A stretch of 64,000 bases of DNA from an uncultured Clostridia bacterium (GTDB lineage Bacteria > Bacillota > Clostridia > Christensenellales > QALW01), in assembly GCA_934434555.1 (NCBI GenBank), contig CAKRZX010000006.1, forward strand, positions 20,983 to 84,982, in the 5' to 3' direction. This document shows, one piece after another, positions 9,119 to 17,112 of the stretch. Position 1 is the first letter of the stretch; each line of letters begins with the position of its first letter. Position numbers and translations under genes: made by a program. The notes under the pieces are model-generated. The model ran no database searches, was not told where the DNA came from, and saw only the letters and a list, made by a program, of their open reading frames with translations.

Positions 9119-10376
9119 TAAGCCAAACCTTTGTTGTGCCCGTGGGGCGAACTGAAAGTTCGGTGCAGGCGCTCTCGCCGAAAACGCCTTCCATTTCGGC
9201 TATATAGCCAGCCCGGTCCGCTTTGGGAACAAAGGCAAGAATTGTGCCGCCGAATCCGCCGCCGTGAACGCGGCACGCGCCTTTTTTGCCTAAATATTTT
9301 TCCGAAAGCGCAAGGGCAAGGGTCATTGCCTGGGCGCAACTGCCGGTAGCGTGGGTGTTCTGTAACAGTTTCCAGCTGCTTTCGCCGGAAGAATTGATTG
9401 CTTCAAGGAATGCGTCAATATCGTCATTCTTTATTGCCTGAACCGCTTTCAAAACGCGTCTGTCCTCTTCAAAGAAGTGGATTGCACGCATAACCGCACG
9501 GTCGGAAACCTGCTCGCGCAGATTTTTGAGCGACCCGTAAAAAAGATTCTCGTTTACGTCACGGAGTTTTTCTTTGCCGAAGAATTTCGCAACGGCACCC
9601 ATTTCCTCGGTAATTGCCGCATATTCCTGCGTAAGGTCGGCGTGGTCGGCGTGAACGTTTGTTATGATTATCGAATAGCCTTTCTTGTCAAAGTCGTACT
9701 CGATATTTTCAATCTTCGGCGTTTCGGGCTTTTCAAAGTCAATATAAACAAGTTTTCCTAAGGCGCAGGCAGTCTGGTCCATAAGACCGCAGGGCTTGCC
9801 GAAATAGTTGTTTTCCGCCCACTGGCTTGTTTTTGCGCCCTCAACGGCATCAAGTTTTCCGTCGTTATAAAGGTAATTGAATATTGTATAAATCATAACC
9901 TCGATTGCTGCGGAAGAGGAAAGACCGCTTCCGGCAAAAACGTCGCTTTGAACGTAAGCGTCAAAACCGCCGATGTTAAAGCCCAGATCCTCGTGCATAT
10001 GATATGCAATGCCGCGGATAAGCCCGCGGGTGGTGCCGCGCTCTTTAACGTCAAGGGAAAGGTTTTCAAGGTCGATTTCGTTTCTGTCGGAATAGCCCTC
10101 AGAGATAAAACGAACCCGCATATCGCCTGTTTTTCTTACTGCGGCAACCGCGTCAAGATTTATTCCCGCGGCAAGCACCATACCGTGCTGGTGGTCGGTG
10201 TGGTTGCCGATAATCTCACTTCTGCCCGACGTTGAAAAAAACTCGCATTTTCCCTCGCTGAAAAGTTCTTCAAACTTTTTGCCTATCTTTTCGTAACGGT
10301 CAAGTTGACGCTTTGCATCGTCACCGTATATCTTTTTAAGTACCTGTGTATTCTTGATATCCTTTATAAATTTCAT
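9111..10376 (-). CDS. galK: galactokinase
   Basis: 421 aa. Galactokinase signature GRSEIIGNHTDHQHG and GHMP kinase motif GSGLSSSAA. Confidence 0.92.
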   Translation of the reverse strand: MKFIKDIKNTQVLKKIYGDDAKRQLDRYEKIGKKFEELFSEGKCEFFSTSGRSEIIGNHTDHQHGMVLAAGINLDAVAAVRKTGDMRVRFISEGYSDRNEIDLENLSLDVKERGTTRGLIRGIAYHMHEDLGFNIGGFDAYVQSDVFAGSGLSSSAAIEVMIYTIFNYLYNDGKLDAVEGAKTSQWAENNYFGKPCGLMDQTACALGKLVYIDFEKPETPKIENIEYDFDKKGYSIIITNVHADHADLTQEYAAITEEMGAVAKFFGKEKLRDVNENLFYGSLKNLREQVSDRAVMRAIHFFEEDRRVLKAVQAIKNDDIDAFLEAINSSGESSWKLLQNTHATGSCAQAMTLALALSEKYLGKKGACRVHGGGFGGTILAFVPKADRAGYIAEMEGVFGESACTELSVRPTGTTKVWLNE

Positions 10377-10502
10377 ATTTCACACCTCACAAAACATCTT
10401 TACGGCAAAAGTATACCATATTTTATTGCAAAAAACAACCTGTTTGTTGACAAAAATCACGATTTAATCTATTATATTAGTATCAAAATTTCGGAGGCTG
10501 AA

Positions 10503-11993
10503 ATGAATATTAAGGAATGTGTTGAAATATGTACCCGCTTTGCGGTGGAAAAAGGTCTGTGCTATGAGGCTGATATGCCCCTTGTAAGAAACAAACTGCT
10601 TGATTTGTTCTCGCTTGATTCCCCTTTTGAGGGTGAAGTGAAAGTTCCCGAAAGCATAGTTCCCACCCTTGAAACAATGGTTGATTATGCGGCGGAAAAA
10701 GGAATGCTTGAAATGAATACCGCCGCTTACCGCGCAATGTTCGATACGAAAATCTGCGGCTGTATGCTTATGATGCAGTCACAGGCACAGGAGATTTTTG
10801 CACGGCTTTATAAAGAATCGCCGCAAAAAGCAACGGATTGGTTTTATAATCTTTGCAGGGACGTAAACTATATCCGTACTTTTGACGTGGCAAAGAATAT
10901 TAAGTATGACTATGAATCCGCCTACGGCACGCTGGAAATTACAATAAACCTGACAAAGCCCGAAAAGGACCCGAAAGAGATTGAAAAACAGAAGTCCATG
11001 CCGCAGACGAACTACCCCAAGTGTATGCTTTGCTTGGAGAATATCGGGTATCCCGGCAGACTGGGCTATCCCTCTCACGAAACACTTCGCGTAATTCCCA
11101 TAACGCTTGACTCCGAGCGCTGGAATTTCCAGTACAGCCCCTACGTTTATTACGATGAACACTGCATTGTTTTTTGCAATGAACATACACCCATGACAAT
11201 GAACGAAAAGAAATTTGTGCGCCTGTTTGATTTTATCGAACAGTTCCCGCATTATTTTATCGGCTCAAATACTCAGTTGCCGGTAGTGGGCGGTTCGATT
11301 CTTACCCATGAACATTTCCAGGGCGGGCGCCACACAATGCCAATGGAAAAAGCGGGCACAAAGTATAAATTCGACGCTAAAAACGATAAGGTTGAAGCGG
11401 CTGTTGTGGATTGGCCCATGACCTGTCTGCGCCTGACTGCCGACGATTATCACGATTTGCTGCCCGTTGCAAATAAGATTCTTAACACGTGGAAAAACTA
11501 TTCGGATGAAAGTTTGTTCATTTTTGACCATACGAACGGGGAAGAGCACAACACCATTACACCTATTGCACGCATAAATTCCGCAGGGAAATACGAATGC
11601 GACATTGTTTTGAGAAATAATATAACTACCGACGATTATCCTCTGGGATACTATCATCCCCACCCGGATAAGCATAATATCAAAAAGGAAAATATCGGGC
11701 TTATAGAGGTTATGGGACTGTTTATTCTGCCCGGCAGGCTGAAAAACGAACTTGAAGAAGTTGCACATGCGTGGGTTAACGGAGAAGATGTACAGGGAAT
11801 ACACAGTGCGTGGTATAATTCATTTAAGGGCAAACACACACCTTTAACGGAAGAGGAAGCACTTGAATATATCAAGGGCGAAGTGGGTGCTGTATGCGAA
11901 AATGTTTTGCGGGATGCGGGCGTTTTCAAAGAGGATGAGGCAGGACAGGACGGGCTTAAACGCTTTATAGCCGCCTGCGGCTTTGAGGTTTGA
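10503..11993 (+). CDS. galT: UDP-glucose--hexose-1-phosphate uridylyltransferase (type 2 GalT)
   Basis: 497 aa from MNIKECVE; the 10305 start would overlap galK and is rejected. Length and ...HEHFQGG... histidine motif fit Gram-positive type 2 GalT. Divergent from galK. Confidence 0.88.
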   Translation: MNIKECVEICTRFAVEKGLCYEADMPLVRNKLLDLFSLDSPFEGEVKVPESIVPTLETMVDYAAEKGMLEMNTAAYRAMFDTKICGCMLMMQSQAQEIFARLYKESPQKATDWFYNLCRDVNYIRTFDVAKNIKYDYESAYGTLEITINLTKPEKDPKEIEKQKSMPQTNYPKCMLCLENIGYPGRLGYPSHETLRVIPITLDSERWNFQYSPYVYYDEHCIVFCNEHTPMTMNEKKFVRLFDFIEQFPHYFIGSNTQLPVVGGSILTHEHFQGGRHTMPMEKAGTKYKFDAKNDKVEAAVVDWPMTCLRLTADDYHDLLPVANKILNTWKNYSDESLFIFDHTNGEEHNTITPIARINSAGKYECDIVLRNNITTDDYPLGYYHPHPDKHNIKKENIGLIEVMGLFILPGRLKNELEEVAHAWVNGEDVQGIHSAWYNSFKGKHTPLTEEEALEYIKGEVGAVCENVLRDAGVFKEDEAGQDGLKRFIAACGFEV

Positions 11994-12636
11994 TATGGAC
12001 CTGCTGTTTTTGTTTACGGGGCTTCTTTGCGGGGTTCTTGTACCTGTTCTTAACGGTTCGCTGCTTGAAATAAAGGGTGTCATATTCTGGATTATTATGG
12101 TTCTGTTTTTTGCCTTTGTGCTTGCGTATGTTGTTTTGGGGTATGCAAAGTCAAAGTGCGCGAAAATAAGTTACATTGCCGCAAATAAAATTGTGGCGTG
12201 GAATACGGGCGAAACGGGAAAAAAGAAAAGCCTTGTTCCCGCGGGTACTGTGTGCATAATTTCGGGCACGGTACTTGGGGTATACTTTATAGTTTCGGGC
12301 GCGGGCTATCTTACGGCGCTTTTGGGCGCGCTGTCACTGTGCTTTGTTCTGTTCGGATGGTATCTTATGGGGCAGAAACGGATTAAAAACAAACTTAACG
12401 AATATCCTGATTTTCTGCTTTCTCACGGCGGAATGATTTTTAAGGGCAAAGCCGAGCTTTTTGACGGGGCAACGCGGGGAATACTTGACGCAAAAATAGA
12501 AAACAATGCGCTTTGTCTTGATATTTTGAGGAAAAAAGAGCGGGAGAGAATTTCACTGCCTATTCCCGAAGAAAACAGGGCTGAAACCGAAGATTTTATA
12601 AAGGATATGAAGGAATTTTTTAATGGCGAAGCGTAA
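11983..12636 (+). CDS. hypothetical membrane protein (4 TM plus C-terminal soluble domain)
   Basis: 217 aa (alternative start 11995). Hydrophobic N-terminal half and charged C-terminal domain. Paralogous architecture to the next gene. Confidence 0.5.
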   Translation: MRFDMDLLFLFTGLLCGVLVPVLNGSLLEIKGVIFWIIMVLFFAFVLAYVVLGYAKSKCAKISYIAANKIVAWNTGETGKKKSLVPAGTVCIISGTVLGVYFIVSGAGYLTALLGALSLCFVLFGWYLMGQKRIKNKLNEYPDFLLSHGGMIFKGKAELFDGATRGILDAKIENNALCLDILRKKERERISLPIPEENRAETEDFIKDMKEFFNGEA

Positions 12637-13408
12637 AAAACATCTCGACACGGCATATCAAAGACATCTTGACCTTTTGCGCGCAACGGGGCTTTTCCTG
12701 CTTGCGGGCGGAGTAATCGGGTTCATGGTTATTGCGTGGCTCTTAAACCGCGACCAATACACCGAAGCGACATTTTATTTCTTTGTTGCGACGTTCTGGG
12801 CGTTTATTGCGGGAATCGCGGTAAGCGTTACGGCGTCAATAAAGCAGAATGTTGCCGATGCCGTAAATGAGCATCTTTATGCCGTGTGGAAGTACAAGCC
12901 CGAAACGGTATATAACTTTTACCGTAAAATGTGCCGTCACGAGAAGAAAACGCGGTTCTTTAATTTTCTTGCAGCAAGCGCTGTATGTCTTGTTTTGGGA
13001 CTGATTATGTTTTTTAATACGGTTTCGCATTACCTTGGAATAATAGTGCTGTTTGCCGCCGCGCTGCTTTTTGTAATTGCGGTAATTTCGCTGCCGTACA
13101 GCCAGTATCTTTTGTTAAAACTGCGAACGAAAATTACCGGCGACGCAAAGGAAATCATCTTCTCGCGCAGAGGAATATGGTACTGCGGCAAAGTCTGCTA
13201 TTTCGGCGACAAGGCGGTAACATACCACCGCGTGGAACGCAAGGAACTTTACGGGCAGGACGCTATTGTTTTTTATTATACGAAAACCCGCGGTTTCAGC
13301 CAGAGTGCAATGGAACTTGCCATACCCGTTGCCCCCAAAATGGCTTACGCCGCCGATGAACTGGTAAACGAATTTAACCGCAGTGACCTGCTTGAAAGTA
13401 AAAGATAA
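12623..13408 (+). CDS. hypothetical membrane protein (4 TM plus C-terminal soluble domain)
   Basis: 261 aa. Overlaps the upstream gene by 14 nt. Followed by a clean terminator. Confidence 0.5.
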   Translation: MAKRKKHLDTAYQRHLDLLRATGLFLLAGGVIGFMVIAWLLNRDQYTEATFYFFVATFWAFIAGIAVSVTASIKQNVADAVNEHLYAVWKYKPETVYNFYRKMCRHEKKTRFFNFLAASAVCLVLGLIMFFNTVSHYLGIIVLFAAALLFVIAVISLPYSQYLLLKLRTKITGDAKEIIFSRRGIWYCGKVCYFGDKAVTYHRVERKELYGQDAIVFYYTKTRGFSQSAMELAIPVAPKMAYAADELVNEFNRSDLLESKR

Positions 13409-13431
13409 AATCCGCTTTTTGCGGATTTTTT
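13408..13431 (+). terminator. rho-independent terminator
   Basis: ATCCGC-TTTTT-GCGGAT followed by a T-run, immediately after the stop at 13408. Confidence 0.7.
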
Positions 13432-13440
13432 AATTTAATA

Positions 13441-13469
13441 TTGACAAAATGAAAGATATACGGTATAAT
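13441..13469 (+). promoter_or_regulatory. consensus sigma-A promoter (TTGACA-17 bp-TATAAT)
   Basis: TTGACA 13441-13446, exactly 17 bp, TATAAT 13464-13469. About 55 nt upstream of the 13526 ATG. Confidence 0.65.
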
Positions 13470-13525
13470 TACAACATATGTTGCACAACATGTGTAATAC
13501 AGACGTATTTTAAGGAACAAAGCAA

Positions 13526-14182
13526 ATGGAGAACACGGTAATATACGGCGAAAAATCTGATAAAATATATATTTATGTACCCGGTCAGGACGGAAACAAA
13601 GAAGAGGCGGAAAGGTTTTATCTTGTTGCCAAAAAGTACGGATATCAGGTACTCGGGATTGATTTGCCGCAAAACGGAGCGGATTTTTTTGCCGCGATAA
13701 GTTTTATAAAAGAAATTTATAATTTTGCAAAAGAGAACTGGCAGCATATCTCTTTGCGGGCGGTGAGTATCGGCGCGTGGTTTTCGCTTATGGCGTTAAA
13801 GGACGAAAAACCGGAAAACTGCCTGTTTTCGTCGCCGCTGTTGGATATGAACCGTATGATTTGCTCGCTTATGGCTGCGTCACGCGTGACGGAAGAGCAA
13901 CTTGAAAAAGAAAGAATAATCAAAACCGATTTCGGGCAGACGCTTAATTGGGATTATCTCGTTTTTGCCAGGGAAAATCCCGTGCAGGCCTGCGGAAAAA
14001 CCGCCGTATTCTACGCTTCCGGCGATGAACTTATTCCCAAAAGGGAAATTGACGATTTTGCAAACAACGATTTCTGCCGTCTTACGGTATATGACGGCGG
14101 GGAACATTGGATTCATAAAGAAAACGATTTGAGAATAATGGAAGAATGGGAGGAAAATGAAATTGAAAATTTTACTGATTAA
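13526..14182 (+). CDS. alpha/beta hydrolase family protein
   Basis: 218 aa. Nucleophile-elbow-like AVSIGAW, C-terminal DGGEHW histidine region. Confidence 0.55.
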   Translation: MENTVIYGEKSDKIYIYVPGQDGNKEEAERFYLVAKKYGYQVLGIDLPQNGADFFAAISFIKEIYNFAKENWQHISLRAVSIGAWFSLMALKDEKPENCLFSSPLLDMNRMICSLMAASRVTEEQLEKERIIKTDFGQTLNWDYLVFARENPVQACGKTAVFYASGDELIPKREIDDFANNDFCRLTVYDGGEHWIHKENDLRIMEEWEENEIENFTD

Positions 14183-14843
14183 CGGAAGTCCGAAAAAAGA
14201 AAACAGCGATACCCTGAAAATTGCAAACGCGTTTTTGGTGGGTATGCGCGAAGAGGACGAACAGGAAATAACGACCGTTCACGTTTACGAAAAGCACATT
14301 GAATACTGTACGGGCTGTTTTGAATGTCTGCAAAAGAACACGCACTGCATTTTTAACGACGATATGGGGGAAATACTTGAACTTATCCCCACGTGCGATG
14401 TACTTATATTCAATTATCCGCTTTACACCTACGGAATGCCCGCAAAAATGAAATGTTTTGCCGACAGAATGCTTCCTTTAAGCAAGTGGGAAGTGGAAAA
14501 GAAGAACGGAAAGTATTTTCACCCCAGCAGAGTTGACTTGTCCCACCAAAAAAACGTGCTCATTCTCGGCTGCGGATTCCCAAGCGGCAAACTGAACTTT
14601 GACGCGGCAATAACGCAGTTTAAGTTTATGTTCCCCGAAAACAGTACGGTTATTACTGTTCCCGAAAGCCCGTTGTTTGCTATTCCGAGCGCAACACTTG
14701 TGACGGTACCGAAACTCCGCCTTGTTACGGACGCGGGACGGGAATTTGCAAAGTCGGGCACGGTTAAAGTAGAATTGCTTGATAAGATTTCTCTTCCGAT
14801 GATACCCGAAGAAACCTATATGCGAATTACAAACGGCAGGTAA
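14157..14843 (+). CDS. flavodoxin-like NAD(P)H-dependent FMN reductase / iron-sulfur flavoprotein
   Basis: 228 aa. MKLKILLINGSPKKENS N-terminus, CTGCFEC cysteine cluster, YPLYTYGMPAKMK. Confidence 0.75.
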   Translation: MKLKILLINGSPKKENSDTLKIANAFLVGMREEDEQEITTVHVYEKHIEYCTGCFECLQKNTHCIFNDDMGEILELIPTCDVLIFNYPLYTYGMPAKMKCFADRMLPLSKWEVEKKNGKYFHPSRVDLSHQKNVLILGCGFPSGKLNFDAAITQFKFMFPENSTVITVPESPLFAIPSATLVTVPKLRLVTDAGREFAKSGTVKVELLDKISLPMIPEETYMRITNGR

Positions 14844-14861
14844 TGAAAATGCGCTTAAAGA

Positions 14862-15262
14862 TACAGTACGCTTTTCAAACCCTGCGGGCAAATTTTATAA
14901 CGTAAACGGAACCCTCGGAACGGTTCTATTCGCCCACGGCGGCACTTTCATCGCTTACGGGCAAGAATAAAGCGCTTTTTTATATTATTTCAGCCGTGCA
15001 GAAAATAGTTTACGGCAAGAATTCTGACCTGAAAGCCGATAATACGGGCATTCCCGCGCTTATTATCCAAGGCTCTGACGATTGCGAAGTAACGGAAAAG
15101 TGCTCGCTGTTTTCCCATAGGGCTGAATTTGATAATGTTCGCACGGTTCTTGTTGAAAACTGCGGGCATATGGATATTATAGGAAACGCGAACAGCGTAA
15201 ATGAAGATACGTTTGTTTTTGTGAAGGAATTTTTGGAAAGTGCCGATAGAACATCACAATAG
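14862..15262 (+). pseudogene. decayed alpha/beta hydrolase (N- and C-terminal remnants, nucleophile region deleted)
   Basis: 14862-14969 translates to ...GKFYNVNGTLGTVLFAHGGTFIAYGQE* (oxyanion-hole HGG region). 14996-15262 translates to ...IPALIIQGSDDCEV...VENCGHMDII... (acid and His of the triad). No GxSxG segment lies between them. Confidence 0.6.
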
Positions 15263-15332
15263 CAATTATTTTTTTGCTTGACTTTTGTTTTGTTTGGAAT
15301 TAACATATCGAAAAACAAAAGGGAGAGAAAAA

Positions 15333-16142
15333 ATGAAACATTTTTTTGTCAATCTTAAAGAAGTATATCCGTTCCTTAAAACGGCACAGGAACCTGTTCT
15401 TGAATGCTTTATTGCCGAAACGTTTGTCACTGCACCGGAAACAAGAAAAGTTGATTCGGTTTTAATTATTCCCGGCGGCGCATACAGCCATATCTGCCTT
15501 GACCGTGAGGGCGAGGCGGTTGCGTACAAGTATCTGAGTGAGGGTTTTAACGCGTTTGTGCTAAAATACAGTCTGTGCCCGGAACATTATCCCGCACAGG
15601 TTTCCGAAGCCGCTGCGGCGGTGGATTATATCCGCGCTCATAACGGCGAATGGAAAAGCAATAAGGTTTTTGTAAACGGATTTTCCGCCGGCGGGCATAT
15701 TGCGGCGGGGCTCGGCGTTTTCTGGAATGAACCGGAAGTAAAACAGCAGTTTCGTTCAATCAGACCCGACGGGCTTGTGCTTGGGTACCCGGTTATTACG
15801 TCGGATACGTCTTTTTCACACAGGGAATCCATTGAAAATGCGTCGGGAACGACGGATATCAATGCAGAAATCTATAAGAAAATGTCACTTGAAAATCAGG
15901 TAAATGAAAATACTCCGCCCACATATATCTGGCATACTGCCGAGGATAACGGCGTGCCGGTAAAAAACAGTCTTGTTTTTGCCTCTGCACTGGCGGAAAA
16001 TAAAGTGCCTTTTGAAATGCACGTGTTCCCTTACGGAGGGCACGGACTTGCCACGGGAAGCAGTGTTTCGGGAAATTTCAAGGAAAATCACTATGTTTAT
16101 CCTTGGCTTAACGAAGCAATAAAATTCCTGCGTTCTCTTTAA
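15333..16142 (+). CDS. alpha/beta hydrolase, carbohydrate (acetyl/feruloyl) esterase-like
   Basis: 270 aa from MKHFFVNLKE with GGGAGAG Shine-Dalgarno. IIPGGAYS, GFSAGGH nucleophile elbow, C-terminal GGHGL. No signal peptide. Confidence 0.7.
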   Translation: MKHFFVNLKEVYPFLKTAQEPVLECFIAETFVTAPETRKVDSVLIIPGGAYSHICLDREGEAVAYKYLSEGFNAFVLKYSLCPEHYPAQVSEAAAAVDYIRAHNGEWKSNKVFVNGFSAGGHIAAGLGVFWNEPEVKQQFRSIRPDGLVLGYPVITSDTSFSHRESIENASGTTDINAEIYKKMSLENQVNENTPPTYIWHTAEDNGVPVKNSLVFASALAENKVPFEMHVFPYGGHGLATGSSVSGNFKENHYVYPWLNEAIKFLRSL

Positions 16143-16155
16143 TAAATCGGACCGC

Positions 16156-17004
16156 TTATTCGGCGGTCCTTTTTCTGTATTCGCTCATAGTCATACCGTA
16201 TTTTTTCTTAAAACATTCGGTTGCCCACGATGTATTGTTGAAACCGCTTTCAAGCAGAATATCCGTAACGCTCATATTGCTTTTTTGAAGCATATTTGCA
16301 ACATAATTCAGCCGCTGACCGTTAATGAATTCGGAAACTGTTTCGTTGAAATATTTTTTCATACTTCGGCAAACGTGTTCGCGGCTGCGGTCGGTAAGTG
16401 AAAACAGCCGCTCGCTTCCGCCGCGGAAATTATGGCTTTCCTGCATAAGCGAACGCAATTCCGAAAGCCATAAAGGCGCGTCGGATTTCGTTTCATTGCT
16501 TTTGGCAAAATGCCGTGTGAAGATTTCAAAAAGCAGGATTCTTAACCGCGTTTGCAGACGGAGCGTATCGTTTGCGTCAATCGCTGTTATATCGTCGGTT
16601 TTTACCTCAAAACGCTTTTGCTCATCGCCTGAAATATGCACCGACGGCGGCATTGAGGAAGTAAGCAATGCTTCAAAATCAAAGCCCGAACCGAGATATT
16701 CTCTTAACAGACGGAACGTTTCGGCAGTAAAGGTGATATTGAGCATTGTAAAACGTTTTTCGTTTTTCAGGGCGTATGTATGAATGTCGCCGGGGCGGAT
16801 AAATACGGTGTCGCCCGACATAAGCGGAATTCTTGCTCCGTTTACGATATGAATAGCCTCGCCGCTCAGAATGAGAAACACTTCGTAAAAATCGTGGTCG
16901 TGCAAGCGGAAAAATTCGGTATCGCTTAAAACAAACCGATATTCAATACCTGTTTTGCTGTTTATAAAACGCTCCGCTGTAAGCGTTTTTTTATTTTCCG
17001 ACAT
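16156..17004 (-). CDS. AraC family transcriptional regulator (cupin sensor plus HTH)
   Basis: 282 aa from MSENKK. N-terminal cupin-like HDHDFYEV, C-terminal AraC HTH (..SVTDILLESGFNNTSWATECFKKKYGMTMSEYR). Divergent from the GH38 gene. Confidence 0.85.
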   Translation of the reverse strand: MSENKKTLTAERFINSKTGIEYRFVLSDTEFFRLHDHDFYEVFLILSGEAIHIVNGARIPLMSGDTVFIRPGDIHTYALKNEKRFTMLNITFTAETFRLLREYLGSGFDFEALLTSSMPPSVHISGDEQKRFEVKTDDITAIDANDTLRLQTRLRILLFEIFTRHFAKSNETKSDAPLWLSELRSLMQESHNFRGGSERLFSLTDRSREHVCRSMKKYFNETVSEFINGQRLNYVANMLQKSNMSVTDILLESGFNNTSWATECFKKKYGMTMSEYRKRTAE

Positions 17005-17061
17005 AAAAATCCCCTTTAACGCAAATATCACAATAGCATATTTATTTTATCATAATAACTG

Positions 17062-17090
17062 TTGAAATGCAACCGTTATTGTGCTACAAT
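17062..17090 (+). promoter_or_regulatory. promoter of the GH38 gene (TTGAAA-17 bp-TACAAT)
   Basis: Hexamers at 17062-17067 and 17085-17090 with a 17-bp spacer, 22 nt upstream of the ATG region. Confidence 0.5.
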
Positions 17091-17112
17091 AACAAAAACG
17101 GAGGTTTGAAAT

